Shown here: piece by piece, positions 17,542 to 25,692 of the stretch
How the letters are laid out: each line of letters opens with the position of its first letter
How positions within the stretch are numbered: the stretch's first letter is position 1
Notes under the pieces: model-generated
The model's input: only the letters and a program-made list of their open reading frames with translations
What the model was told of the DNA's origin: nothing
Databases searched by the model: none
Position numbers and translations under genes: made by a program
Assembly (NCBI GenBank): GCA_049966395.1
Contig: JBMFUT010000004.1
Location: forward strand, 1-34,609
Reading direction: 5' to 3'
Source of the DNA: Candidatus Micrarchaeia archaeon
GTDB lineage: Archaea; Micrarchaeota; Micrarchaeia; Micrarchaeales; CABMGC01
Length of the DNA stretch: 34,609 bases

Positions 17542-18825
17542 ATGAAGCCGCAATTTCAATCCGTGCTTACTTTAACACTTTCAAGGGGAAAAGGGATAGG
17601 AGGCTCTTTGAAGCAGAGCGCGGATTCTTTTGTAGTTAAGGAAATTGCAAAAAATGGTATTGCCATGTCTCCTGGGGTGCGCTATTCCGCTGCAGACCTT
17701 GGAGAAGTGGAAAGCAATGATGGCAAGTTCGTTAAGTTTGTTCTTCAGAAAAAAAATTGGGACTCGATACACGCGCTTCAAGAGATAGCTAAGAGGATTC
17801 ACAGGGGCGTGCGCTCCGTCGGGTATGCCGGAATGAAGGACAAGATTGCTACTACAGTGCAGCTGGCGAGCGTTTTCGGAGCCAAAGCAGCGGAGGTTTC
17901 TAGGGTAAACATAAAGGACATATCGATAAACGGTGCATGGCAGTCTTCAACAGGGGTTGAAATGGGGGACCTTGAGGGCAACGCCTTTGAGGTGACTATA
18001 GAAGGGGTGGATGCGAACAGCGACGCGATAGATGGCGTATATGCAGAGCTTTCAGGGATTGCGCCTAACTACTTTGACAGGCAAAGATTCGGCATAAGAC
18101 TCAACAACCACATCGTTGGAATGCACATAGTCAAAGGGGAATTCGAAGCTGCCGCGCTGGAGTTTCTCACCGGCACATCCAACGAGACAAACGAGGCTGC
18201 GCTAGAAGCCAGAAGGAGGCTTGCTGAAGAAGGAGATTTCAAAAAGGCGCTAGATTACTTTCCGGCGTATCTCAGGTATGAAAGGGCAATGCTCGCTCAT
18301 CTTTCAATAAACCCTGGTGATTTTGCAAATGCCATAAGAAGGCTGCCTAGGGGAATTTCACTGCTTTTCGTGCACGCGCTTGAAAGTTATATATTCAACA
18401 GGGCTTTGGAAAAGAGAATAGAGTCAATGGACATCAACGCGGAAGGCGGGCTTTCTTGCAACGCCGATGCGCAGGGCTTCCCTGACATTTCAAGCACTGG
18501 GGTAGGACACGAGGGGAAGTTCGCGGTTGGAAATATCGTCGGCTACGATACAAAAGAGGCGTATATGAGCTCGTATGAGAAAGAGGCGCTTGAAGAGATA
18601 GGGATATCTAAGGATGAATTCAAGATAAAATCTATGCCGGAGCTCAGCATGAAGGGCGCATTCAGGGTCTTTTTTTCACCATTTAAGGATTTCAGCTACA
18701 GCATAAGCGAAAATGCAGTAAAGATGAAATTTTCCCTGCCTGCGGGATCCTACGCTACGGTGCTTGCAAACGAGTTCATGAAGAACTCCTGCCTTAGTTT
18801 GGATCCTGCTACTGCGCGTTCTTGA
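17542..18825 (+). CDS. truD: tRNA pseudouridine(13) synthase TruD/Pus7
   Basis: FVVKE, YAGMKDKIATTVQ, GDLEGNAF, PNYFDRQRFG, FSLPAGSYAT; ATG at 17542. Confidence 0.95.
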   Translation: MKPQFQSVLTLTLSRGKGIGGSLKQSADSFVVKEIAKNGIAMSPGVRYSAADLGEVESNDGKFVKFVLQKKNWDSIHALQEIAKRIHRGVRSVGYAGMKDKIATTVQLASVFGAKAAEVSRVNIKDISINGAWQSSTGVEMGDLEGNAFEVTIEGVDANSDAIDGVYAELSGIAPNYFDRQRFGIRLNNHIVGMHIVKGEFEAAALEFLTGTSNETNEAALEARRRLAEEGDFKKALDYFPAYLRYERAMLAHLSINPGDFANAIRRLPRGISLLFVHALESYIFNRALEKRIESMDINAEGGLSCNADAQGFPDISSTGVGHEGKFAVGNIVGYDTKEAYMSSYEKEALEEIGISKDEFKIKSMPELSMKGAFRVFFSPFKDFSYSISENAVKMKFSLPAGSYATVLANEFMKNSCLSLDPATARS

Positions 18826-20263
18826 AAGCGGCTATTACGTTCAGCATGTCCTCCTTGACGGCGCTTTCGCTTCTGTTCCCGCTGAGCATTGAGGAGCGTA
18901 TCGCTGCGTTAACTTCTAGGAGTGCCCTTGATGCCATGAGCGCGTAAACCTGTTCTGCAATCCAGAACTTGTCAGCAGCATCTAGCATTTGGAGCACTTT
19001 GTTTTCTGTCTTCTTTGTAGAGTGCCTAAAGTGGCGCATTGCCTTCGCTATCTCTGAGATGCTTGATTCCTCTTTCTTTATCATTTTTGATGCAGAGTCA
19101 AGCGTAACTGCCGCTTCAAGTCTGCCAATTTCGCCTGGCTTTGCTTCGTTGACAAACCTTGCTATGTCCCTTATGTCACGGTTTATCATGCTCACTGCAG
19201 TCTTCAAATCATATTCTTTTATATATCCTTCCCACCTGCTAAGCTCAGAGTCTATGAAATGCTTCACATCTGCAGATACCGTTCTTTTGCTGTTAAAGGA
19301 TTCTAGCTCGCTGAGCAAACCGCTAAGGAATTTCGTATTTATGCTAGAATTCTTTGCAAATTCATTTATGTTCTTTAGGTCATCATATATGCCGCCCAAG
19401 ACCATAGAAAGCGCTTTGCTTATTTCCTGCTCTGAATATTCTTTATTTGCAGTTTTCTTGCTGCGCAATATAGTAGCTTTTTCAGAGAGGGCTGTCATGT
19501 CGTTTATGTAGTTGCTGAATTCAAGCGAGCCCATTATCTCTTTTACTACAACGCCCTGCCCGCTGACAGTGTATGGCGTTGGGGCAATATTCTGATTATT
19601 TTGAACTTGCAGGTTATTTTGAGGGGTATCCTCCTGCTTGTTCTGTACCGGTTTGCCGATGACATATGCAGCGTCTTCTTTTTTGTTTCCGCTGTTTGCA
19701 TCGTTTTCTTCTTTAGTGGTGCCCATTGCCGCAATTGACACTCCAAGGTCGCCGTAGCTCAAGAGCATTTTTTTGAGCATTGCCGCCCTTTCCTTGAAAC
19801 TATCGAATTCATAAAGGTCGTAATGCTTTGGCGATCCATTCTTGGTGTGATTTTCTAGGTACTTGCTGTGGAGCTCCTTGAGCGCAGCAGACTCTTCCGC
19901 ACTGCCTTCCTGCGCCCTGATATAATGGTGCACCTTTGGACCCATGCTCTCAATTTGAACCTTCTCCACATCCCTGCCCAGCCTGTTTGCAGCCTCAGCA
20001 ACGGCTTCATTTAGGTCGAACAAAGCAGCATTAAGCGCGTCTACGCCCTTGCCGGTGACACCTTCCTCCTGGAGCGTCTTTCCAAAAGAGAACCAGCCGA
20101 CTACTTCAGAATTAATCTGCCTTATCTCCTGCTCGCTGGAATTCTTATCTAGTTTCGACACCTTGTCTTTAAGCTCCTCTATACGCTGGGCGACCAGCGT
20201 TTTTGCTTCTGGATTTGCTTTTACTTCTATAGTATTTACCGTGTCTAGCGTTTTTACAGTCAT
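18809..20263 (-). CDS. Hypothetical helical protein with N/Q-rich linker
   Basis: Long open frame (about 484 aa from ATG 20263), charged helical character, no recognisable motif. Confidence 0.72.
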   Translation of the reverse strand: MTVKTLDTVNTIEVKANPEAKTLVAQRIEELKDKVSKLDKNSSEQEIRQINSEVVGWFSFGKTLQEEGVTGKGVDALNAALFDLNEAVAEAANRLGRDVEKVQIESMGPKVHHYIRAQEGSAEESAALKELHSKYLENHTKNGSPKHYDLYEFDSFKERAAMLKKMLLSYGDLGVSIAAMGTTKEENDANSGNKKEDAAYVIGKPVQNKQEDTPQNNLQVQNNQNIAPTPYTVSGQGVVVKEIMGSLEFSNYINDMTALSEKATILRSKKTANKEYSEQEISKALSMVLGGIYDDLKNINEFAKNSSINTKFLSGLLSELESFNSKRTVSADVKHFIDSELSRWEGYIKEYDLKTAVSMINRDIRDIARFVNEAKPGEIGRLEAAVTLDSASKMIKKEESSISEIAKAMRHFRHSTKKTENKVLQMLDAADKFWIAEQVYALMASRALLEVNAAIRSSMLSGNRSESAVKEDMLNVIAAFKNAQ

Positions 20264-20412
20264 AGTAATCAAATATCTTTGATGTTTTTATGATATTTAA
20301 ATATTATGCTTTGGGGTGGCATCTAGCAATGGTATGCTGGATTTCCATTTTTATGATAAATTCTTGCAGAATATTGTGAAACGCCGGCTCTAGAGTTTGC
20401 AAAAAATAAGTA

Positions 20413-20525
20413 TGGCGCCGGAGCTGGGATTTTCATGCGCATTTTGAACCCAGAATGCCAAAAGGCAACCAGATCTCGAGTTTCGCCAAAGCTACTGGCG
20501 CGTTACCTGGTTCTGCCACTCCGGC
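20413..20525 (-). tRNA. tRNA-Ser(CGA), long variable arm, encoded CCA, two 13-nt introns (30/31 at 20482-20494; 59/60 at 20430-20442)
   Basis: Acceptor GCCGGAG/CTCCGGC-G-CCA; removing TAGCTTTGGCGAA restores CCAGA-CTCGAGA-TCTGG; removing ATGCGCATGAAAA restores CTGGG-TTCAAAT-CCCAG; variable arm TGCC-TTTT-GGCA. Confidence 0.9.
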
Positions 20526-20562
20526 CCATTGATAGTATTGCATTATAGAATTTTATATATTG

Positions 20563-21993
20563 CTAATGCATGCATGTGAAGTTGTTCGGCAAGTATATAG
20601 CAAAGTCTGGGTTTGCGTATACCTCTCTTGAATCATTGATGTTCAGTATTATTCCCTGAGGACCTATGCTGCTGAATGATAATATTGGATAACGCATTTC
20701 AGTCGCATTTTCGTAGAAGGGCATGTAGGCGTGTACGCCGAGATAGCGCATGTAAGGCCACGCGTTTGTTATCACTCTGCAGTTGCCATAGCCCAGCGAG
20801 GCCAGCTCGGCCTTGGCGTTGGAATACAGGGAATTGCTGTAATAGGGATTGTAGTAATAAGAAGAGGAATACATGCTGGCGCTATAGTACCACCACACTG
20901 CATAAGAGAGTACCGCTATCGCGATCGCGCCAATTACTATGCCAATACTAATAGAGTGAATCTTGGGTCTTTTGCCTGCTTTCTGTTGCATTAGGGTAAT
21001 GGCGTATGCCGCGCCGATCTCGGCTGCGAGCGCAAGTATGTAGCCGAACCTCGACTGTACAAAGACGTCATATCTGCCGCCAGTGAAAACAAACTCTATT
21101 ATTGCAAGGCCGAGCACAGAGAGCACCAGGATGCCTGTTTCGTCTAGCCTTAAAGCTGATCTGGCAAATGCCAATTTCCCGCCAAAGGCAAAAAGATACA
21201 TTCCGATGGCAACGGCAAAGAGCGCGGCAGGATAGCAGAGCACGTTAAATAGCGCCTCGGGAAGGAATCCCGTGTGCTTTATACCGCTGCCTATCGCGGT
21301 AGAAAACGACTGGAGGTAGCTCATCAGCGGGTTGCCGAACATGGCATAATTGAAGGCCAGCCACGGAAGCACTACCAGGATGGCAAGCAGCGCAGCATAA
21401 GCTATCTTCTTTGGCTTGCCAAGGAGCAGAAGAAGTGGAAGAAACATAATCATAGGGTACTTGGCAAGAGTGGCAATGCCGAGCAGCGCGCCTGCATACA
21501 CGCTCTTTTTGGCAACCAGGGAAATACCAAGCAGCAAGAATATCATTGAAAGAACTTCGGTGCTGTTGAATATGAAGGTGTAGTACATAGTGTATGGGTT
21601 GAAAACAATTGCAAAAAGCACCAGCATGTCGATTTTTATGCTCTTGGATGCATACCAAACGGCGGCTGCAAGCGCAGCAAAGAGCAGTGCCAAATAAGGC
21701 GTTATTGGATCCTGTTCGAAAGGAATCATCAGCATCATGACGAATGCGCTGAGCGGCGCCCTGAAATTCTCGTAATATGAGCTGTCTGATTGGGTGGTTA
21801 TGTAGGTTATTATCTCGTTCCTATTTGAGGCAATGCTGCCGATAGAGGAAAAGAGGGTCTTGGCGTTTAGGTAGTGCACTATCAGATCCCAAGAAGGGCC
21901 ATTTATGGCGTATATTAAGTACAAGAGCAAAGCGGCGAGCAGCAGTATAGCGGCAATTTCGGCTATTCCAATTCTAGCGTATACTGTTGCCAT
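20563..21993 (-). CDS. Multi-pass membrane protein, GT-C fold glycosyltransferase-like (GT39/GT87)
   Basis: WD in first loop, ENFRAPL, TE, ATLAKYP, PWLAFNYAMFGNPL; many TM helices. Confidence 0.72.
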   Translation of the reverse strand: MATVYARIGIAEIAAILLLAALLLYLIYAINGPSWDLIVHYLNAKTLFSSIGSIASNRNEIITYITTQSDSSYYENFRAPLSAFVMMLMIPFEQDPITPYLALLFAALAAAVWYASKSIKIDMLVLFAIVFNPYTMYYTFIFNSTEVLSMIFLLLGISLVAKKSVYAGALLGIATLAKYPMIMFLPLLLLLGKPKKIAYAALLAILVVLPWLAFNYAMFGNPLMSYLQSFSTAIGSGIKHTGFLPEALFNVLCYPAALFAVAIGMYLFAFGGKLAFARSALRLDETGILVLSVLGLAIIEFVFTGGRYDVFVQSRFGYILALAAEIGAAYAITLMQQKAGKRPKIHSISIGIVIGAIAIAVLSYAVWWYYSASMYSSSYYYNPYYSNSLYSNAKAELASLGYGNCRVITNAWPYMRYLGVHAYMPFYENATEMRYPILSFSSIGPQGIILNINDSREVYANPDFAIYLPNNFTCMH

Positions 21994-22146
21994 AGGTTAA
22001 CAATGAGAATAAAAGCCTTAAAAATGTTGCATGCGTAATCTTTAGCGGCTTAAGAAGTGATGGCGCGTGACAGCATTTTGGCATTTTGCCATAAAAGCAT
22101 AACAATTTTAAAATTGACAGTATTATGTTTTATCACTGGTGGTGTT

Positions 22147-23670
22147 TTGCAAAAGGAACGCATTGCAAGGCTGCTTATATTTGCACTTGTGATACTGGTT
22201 GACATTGCAAGCCTTGCGTTTTCGGTATACCTGATAAGCGTGGCTTCCGGATTATACACTATGGTAATAGCCGCGCTGTTTTTTGGACTGTCGCTGCTCG
22301 CCGCAACGTTCAACACCATAGCTGCCACATGGTATTACAACTCGCTTTTCTACAAAGTTAAGTTCAAGGAAATGCTAAAGGCAAAAAAAATTACGCACTA
22401 TCCTACAGTGGCTATAGCTGTGCCTACTTACAATGAGGATCCAAAGCTTGTTGAAAACACGCTGAGCAGGCTTCTCAAGATAGACTATCCGAAAAGCAAG
22501 TTTAGGGTTTACCTGGCCGATGATTCGACTAACAGCGAAACTGTTTCAGAGCTAATACGCTTCTCGAAAGCGAATGGGATAAACTACGTGCACAGGAGCA
22601 ATAGGGAGGGCTTCAAGGCTGGGGCCCTTAACAACCTTATGAAGTACTCCAATGAAGAGTTTGTGGCAATATTCGATGCTGATGAATACCTTGTTAACAA
22701 AAGATTCCTTATAGAGCTGCTGCCGTATTTCGACAACCCCGAAGTAGGGTATGTCCAAACTGACAAGCACTATGCTAAAGGGAGCCTTTTTGCAAACTCG
22801 ATAGACTTGCTTAACAGCTTCTTTTTCAGGTTTGTGCAGCCTTCAAGGGCATTCCACAACACGTCAACGTTTGCTGGGTCTTGCGGGATAGTGAGGCGCA
22901 GCGTAATAGATGCAGTTGGGGGCTTCCCGGGAGTGGTCCTTGAGGACACTTTCTTCTCGCTTGCCGTGAAGCTCAACAATTTCAAGGGGCTTTACATACC
23001 AAAGACATACGCCTTCGGGAGGCCTATGGAGCACTTTACAGCATTCGCAAGGCAGCAGTGGCGCTACAACTATGGGGGCACGGAATTTCTAGCTTATTAC
23101 CTTAAGAACGCGCGCAAGGAGAAGCTTGGTATAAAGGAGCACATGGACTACATAACTCACGGCTTCGGCCTGAATTACCTTTCTGTTGTTGTGGTGCTTT
23201 TCACAATATTGTCTATGCTGATAGCATTCTCAAATTTTCCATTTGAGCATACCAGGTTAGCAATGCTGCTAAATCCTGAATATACCAAACTTTACCTAGA
23301 AATCCTGGTGTCGCTGGCTACTGTGATATCGTTCATAGGCCCTATACTTATAACAAGGGCATACTTCAAGTCTTTCAAGGCAGGTATAATGGTTTTCCTG
23401 CTCAACTTTGCAGTTACCTTTATAAGGGCAAAGGCAGCCATCGCTGCTGTTTTGAAGCTTAACCCCAAGTGGATTAAGGCGGGCAACAATGCAAAGAACA
23501 GCATCATTGGCGCTCTGAGGAATTCGGTCACAGAAGTGGCCTTTTCATCTATGCTTTTTGGCCTGGCTTTTGTAGCCCTTTTGCAGAGCAATATATCAGG
23601 AGGCGTTTGGCTGATGTGGTTTGGCGCACTTTATATTTCGACGCTTTTCTTCTTCTACAAATACGGCTAG
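22147..23670 (+). CDS. GT2 processive glycosyltransferase (cellulose-synthase-like), membrane-embedded
   Basis: PTYNE, ADDS, GFKAGALN, FDAD, LEDT, RQQWRY (QxxRW-like); TTG start at 22147 after GGTGGTG SD is inferred. Confidence 0.9.
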   Translation: MQKERIARLLIFALVILVDIASLAFSVYLISVASGLYTMVIAALFFGLSLLAATFNTIAATWYYNSLFYKVKFKEMLKAKKITHYPTVAIAVPTYNEDPKLVENTLSRLLKIDYPKSKFRVYLADDSTNSETVSELIRFSKANGINYVHRSNREGFKAGALNNLMKYSNEEFVAIFDADEYLVNKRFLIELLPYFDNPEVGYVQTDKHYAKGSLFANSIDLLNSFFFRFVQPSRAFHNTSTFAGSCGIVRRSVIDAVGGFPGVVLEDTFFSLAVKLNNFKGLYIPKTYAFGRPMEHFTAFARQQWRYNYGGTEFLAYYLKNARKEKLGIKEHMDYITHGFGLNYLSVVVVLFTILSMLIAFSNFPFEHTRLAMLLNPEYTKLYLEILVSLATVISFIGPILITRAYFKSFKAGIMVFLLNFAVTFIRAKAAIAAVLKLNPKWIKAGNNAKNSIIGALRNSVTEVAFSSMLFGLAFVALLQSNISGGVWLMWFGALYISTLFFFYKYG

Positions 23671-23678
23671 GCGCTGCA

Positions 23679-23987
23679 ATGATATATTTCAAAAAATACG
23701 ATACGGAAAGCGGCCAACTAGTTGCCATTTGCGACGAAGAGCTCATAGGCAAAAAGTTCAAGGAAGGAAACATAAGGCTTGACCTTGACACTTATGCCTC
23801 GTTTTACAAAGGAGAGCTGATAAAAGAGGAATCCGCAGAGGCGCTCATAGACAGGGACGCTCTCTACTCAGCAAATGTTGTGGGCAAAAGGGCTGTAAGC
23901 GTGCTGCTAAAGAAGGGCATAGCAGACAAGAAAGACGTAAAAGAAATAGAAGGAGTGCCTTTCGTGCAAATATTCACTTTAGATTAG
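23679..23987 (+). CDS. DUF424 family protein
   Basis: LVAICDEELIGKKF, FYKG, ANVVGKRAV, IEGVPFVQI; ATG 23679. Confidence 0.88.
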   Translation: MIYFKKYDTESGQLVAICDEELIGKKFKEGNIRLDLDTYASFYKGELIKEESAEALIDRDALYSANVVGKRAVSVLLKKGIADKKDVKEIEGVPFVQIFTLD

Positions 23988-23996
23988 GATCTTGCG

Positions 23997-24347
23997 CTAT
24001 TTCTTGTCTTTGTTAAGCCTAATTATTGCCTCTGCTATGTTGCCGTTGGTTTCCTCGAGCGCCTTTCTTATCACTTCTGAATCTGCTATTCCTGTCTGCT
24101 CCCTGACCAATTCTATGTCGTCGTCTGTTATCTCTATCTTAAGTTCCTTCGGCTTCTCCTGGACACTGCCCATTATCTGAAATATGCGCATCCCGTTTTG
24201 CTCCATAACTATTATCTGTGGCGAGCTTATTATTATGTCCCTGTCGGTGCCCTCTATAGTGACTCTCAAAGCGTTTATCTCCTCGCTTTTTATGCCCATG
24301 CTGTCAAGTATGGATTTTATCGTCCTAGGATCAAGGTTAGGTATCAT
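23997..24347 (-). CDS. nac: Nascent polypeptide-associated complex protein
   Basis: LDPRTIKSILDSMGIKSEEI, FQIMG, UBA-like ITDDDIELVREQTG...ALEETNGNIAEAI; ATG 24347. Confidence 0.93.
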   Translation of the reverse strand: MIPNLDPRTIKSILDSMGIKSEEINALRVTIEGTDRDIIISSPQIIVMEQNGMRIFQIMGSVQEKPKELKIEITDDDIELVREQTGIADSEVIRKALEETNGNIAEAIIRLNKDKK

Positions 24348-24559
24348 TAAATCGCTATAAGTATAATGAGTAAAAAATAAATGCTTGCCTGTTGCGTAGC
24401 TTGCAGGAAGTTGGCGTCTATCTATGTAAATGCGCACAGGTTCAATATTTAGGTATGCTCAGACTTTATAGAGAATAGCTGAATTGCTGGACTTAGATGG
24501 CATATATGTGCATTATGCCGAGCTTATAGATTTATAGAACAATCATTTTTGTGGATTAA

Positions 24560-25099
24560 ATGCACCATAAAAAGATTAGGGGAAAGGACAAGTATGTATT
24601 CAAAGGCTATAGCCCTATTTATAGGCAGGCATTCAAGAAAGAAAGGATTAGGCTTTACGCTGGGCTTGGGCGCGAAAACGTAGCTATAGAGCATGTAGGT
24701 AGCACTGCGGTTCCTGGGCTCGGCGGGAAAAACATACTGGATATTATCGTAGGTCTAAAGAAAGGCAAAAGGCTAGCGGTAAAAATGAAAATCCAGAAAT
24801 TAGGCTACGATTTCGTAGGCACGGCTGGTTCAAGAAGGAGATTGTTTTTTGTGAGGGACAGCACGTATATGCATAAGAGCATAAGGACACATTTGCATCT
24901 TGTAAAATTCGGCGGCGAAGAATGGCGGCAAAAAATTGCATTTAGAGACTATCTAATTGGGCATAGAGATGCAGTTTTGGAATATGAAAATGTGAAGAAG
25001 ATCGCGGTAAAAGAAGCCAAGGGCAACAAAGAGAAGTACCTGAAGGCAAAGGAGAAATTTATAAATAGCATTACCAAGAAAGCCATTAAAAAATTCTAA
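24560..25099 (+). CDS. GrpB/UPF0157 family nucleotidyltransferase-fold protein
   Basis: IEHVGSTAVPGLGGKNILDI, THLHLV, IAFRDYL, Y..AKEKFI. Confidence 0.9.
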   Translation: MHHKKIRGKDKYVFKGYSPIYRQAFKKERIRLYAGLGRENVAIEHVGSTAVPGLGGKNILDIIVGLKKGKRLAVKMKIQKLGYDFVGTAGSRRRLFFVRDSTYMHKSIRTHLHLVKFGGEEWRQKIAFRDYLIGHRDAVLEYENVKKIAVKEAKGNKEKYLKAKEKFINSITKKAIKKF

Positions 25100-25227
25100 T
25101 ACTGCTTCGCAACGCTTGAAAAAGCAGCATTGCCACGTTCAAAAAACGATAGCGAGGATGCTATATCAAGAGACGGCTTTTCACAGGAAAAAGGCAGCAA
25201 GCAAGCAAATGCCTCGATTTCTTGATA

Positions 25228-25248
25228 AAACTTCTTTCCAAGAAGTTT
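25228..25248 (-). terminator. Perfect 9-bp inverted repeat just 3' of tRNA-Ala (possible terminator/processing or binding site)
   Basis: AAACTTCTT-TCC-AAGAAGTTT, 2 nt from tRNA discriminator. Confidence 0.3.
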
Positions 25249-25250
25249 AG

Positions 25251-25322
25251 TGGACTCTGCGGGAGTCGAACCCGCAACCTCCCGCTTGCAAAGCGGACGC
25301 TCTGCCGTTGAGCCAAGAGCCC
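25251..25322 (-). tRNA. tRNA-Ala(TGC), no encoded CCA
   Basis: GGGCTCT/AGAGTCC-A with G3:U70, anticodon TCCGC-TTTGCAA-GCGGG, T arm GCGGG-TTCGACT-CCCGC. Confidence 0.96.
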
Positions 25323-25492
25323 ACGAGATAATAATTGGCAACACTGTATTTTATATTTTACTTTTAGCCATATGACAGCCGCCCTTTGTGGCAACGTCAT
25401 GCAGGCTTGGATAAGCGCGCCCAAGTAAGTATTAAATAGTTTTCTGTATAAATCAAAAGCAGTGTTTTATACTAAACACAAAGGTGTTTTGT

Positions 25493-25588
25493 ATGCCAGA
25501 AGATGCAGACCTTGACGACGAGGAAGATGACGAAGACGACTTCTCTGACGACGAGGAAGATACAGAAGACTACGACGACGAGGAGTAA
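25493..25588 (+). CDS. 31-aa hyperacidic small protein (not in ORF track)
   Basis: MPEDADLDDEEDDEDDFSDDEEDTEDYDDEE; AAGGTG SD at 25481-25486, AT-rich promoter-like upstream, T-rich tract downstream. Confidence 0.7.
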   Translation: MPEDADLDDEEDDEDDFSDDEEDTEDYDDEE

Positions 25589-25692
25589 TCGCAATGGAAG
25601 AAAAGTAGTTTTTGTTTCTTTTATTTGATTACAATTTTATTGCTTGCGCCGTTTGCTTGGTTTATGCATATGTAAATCCTGACTATTTGATT

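Noticed and set aside
25100..25225. Open frame continuing in-frame after the GrpB stop
   Set aside because: GrpB is already full length; short open stretch with no motif, so no support for readthrough
25096..25424. Two minus-strand ORFs of 82 and 87 aa
   Set aside because: They overlap tRNA-Ala and translate its sequence
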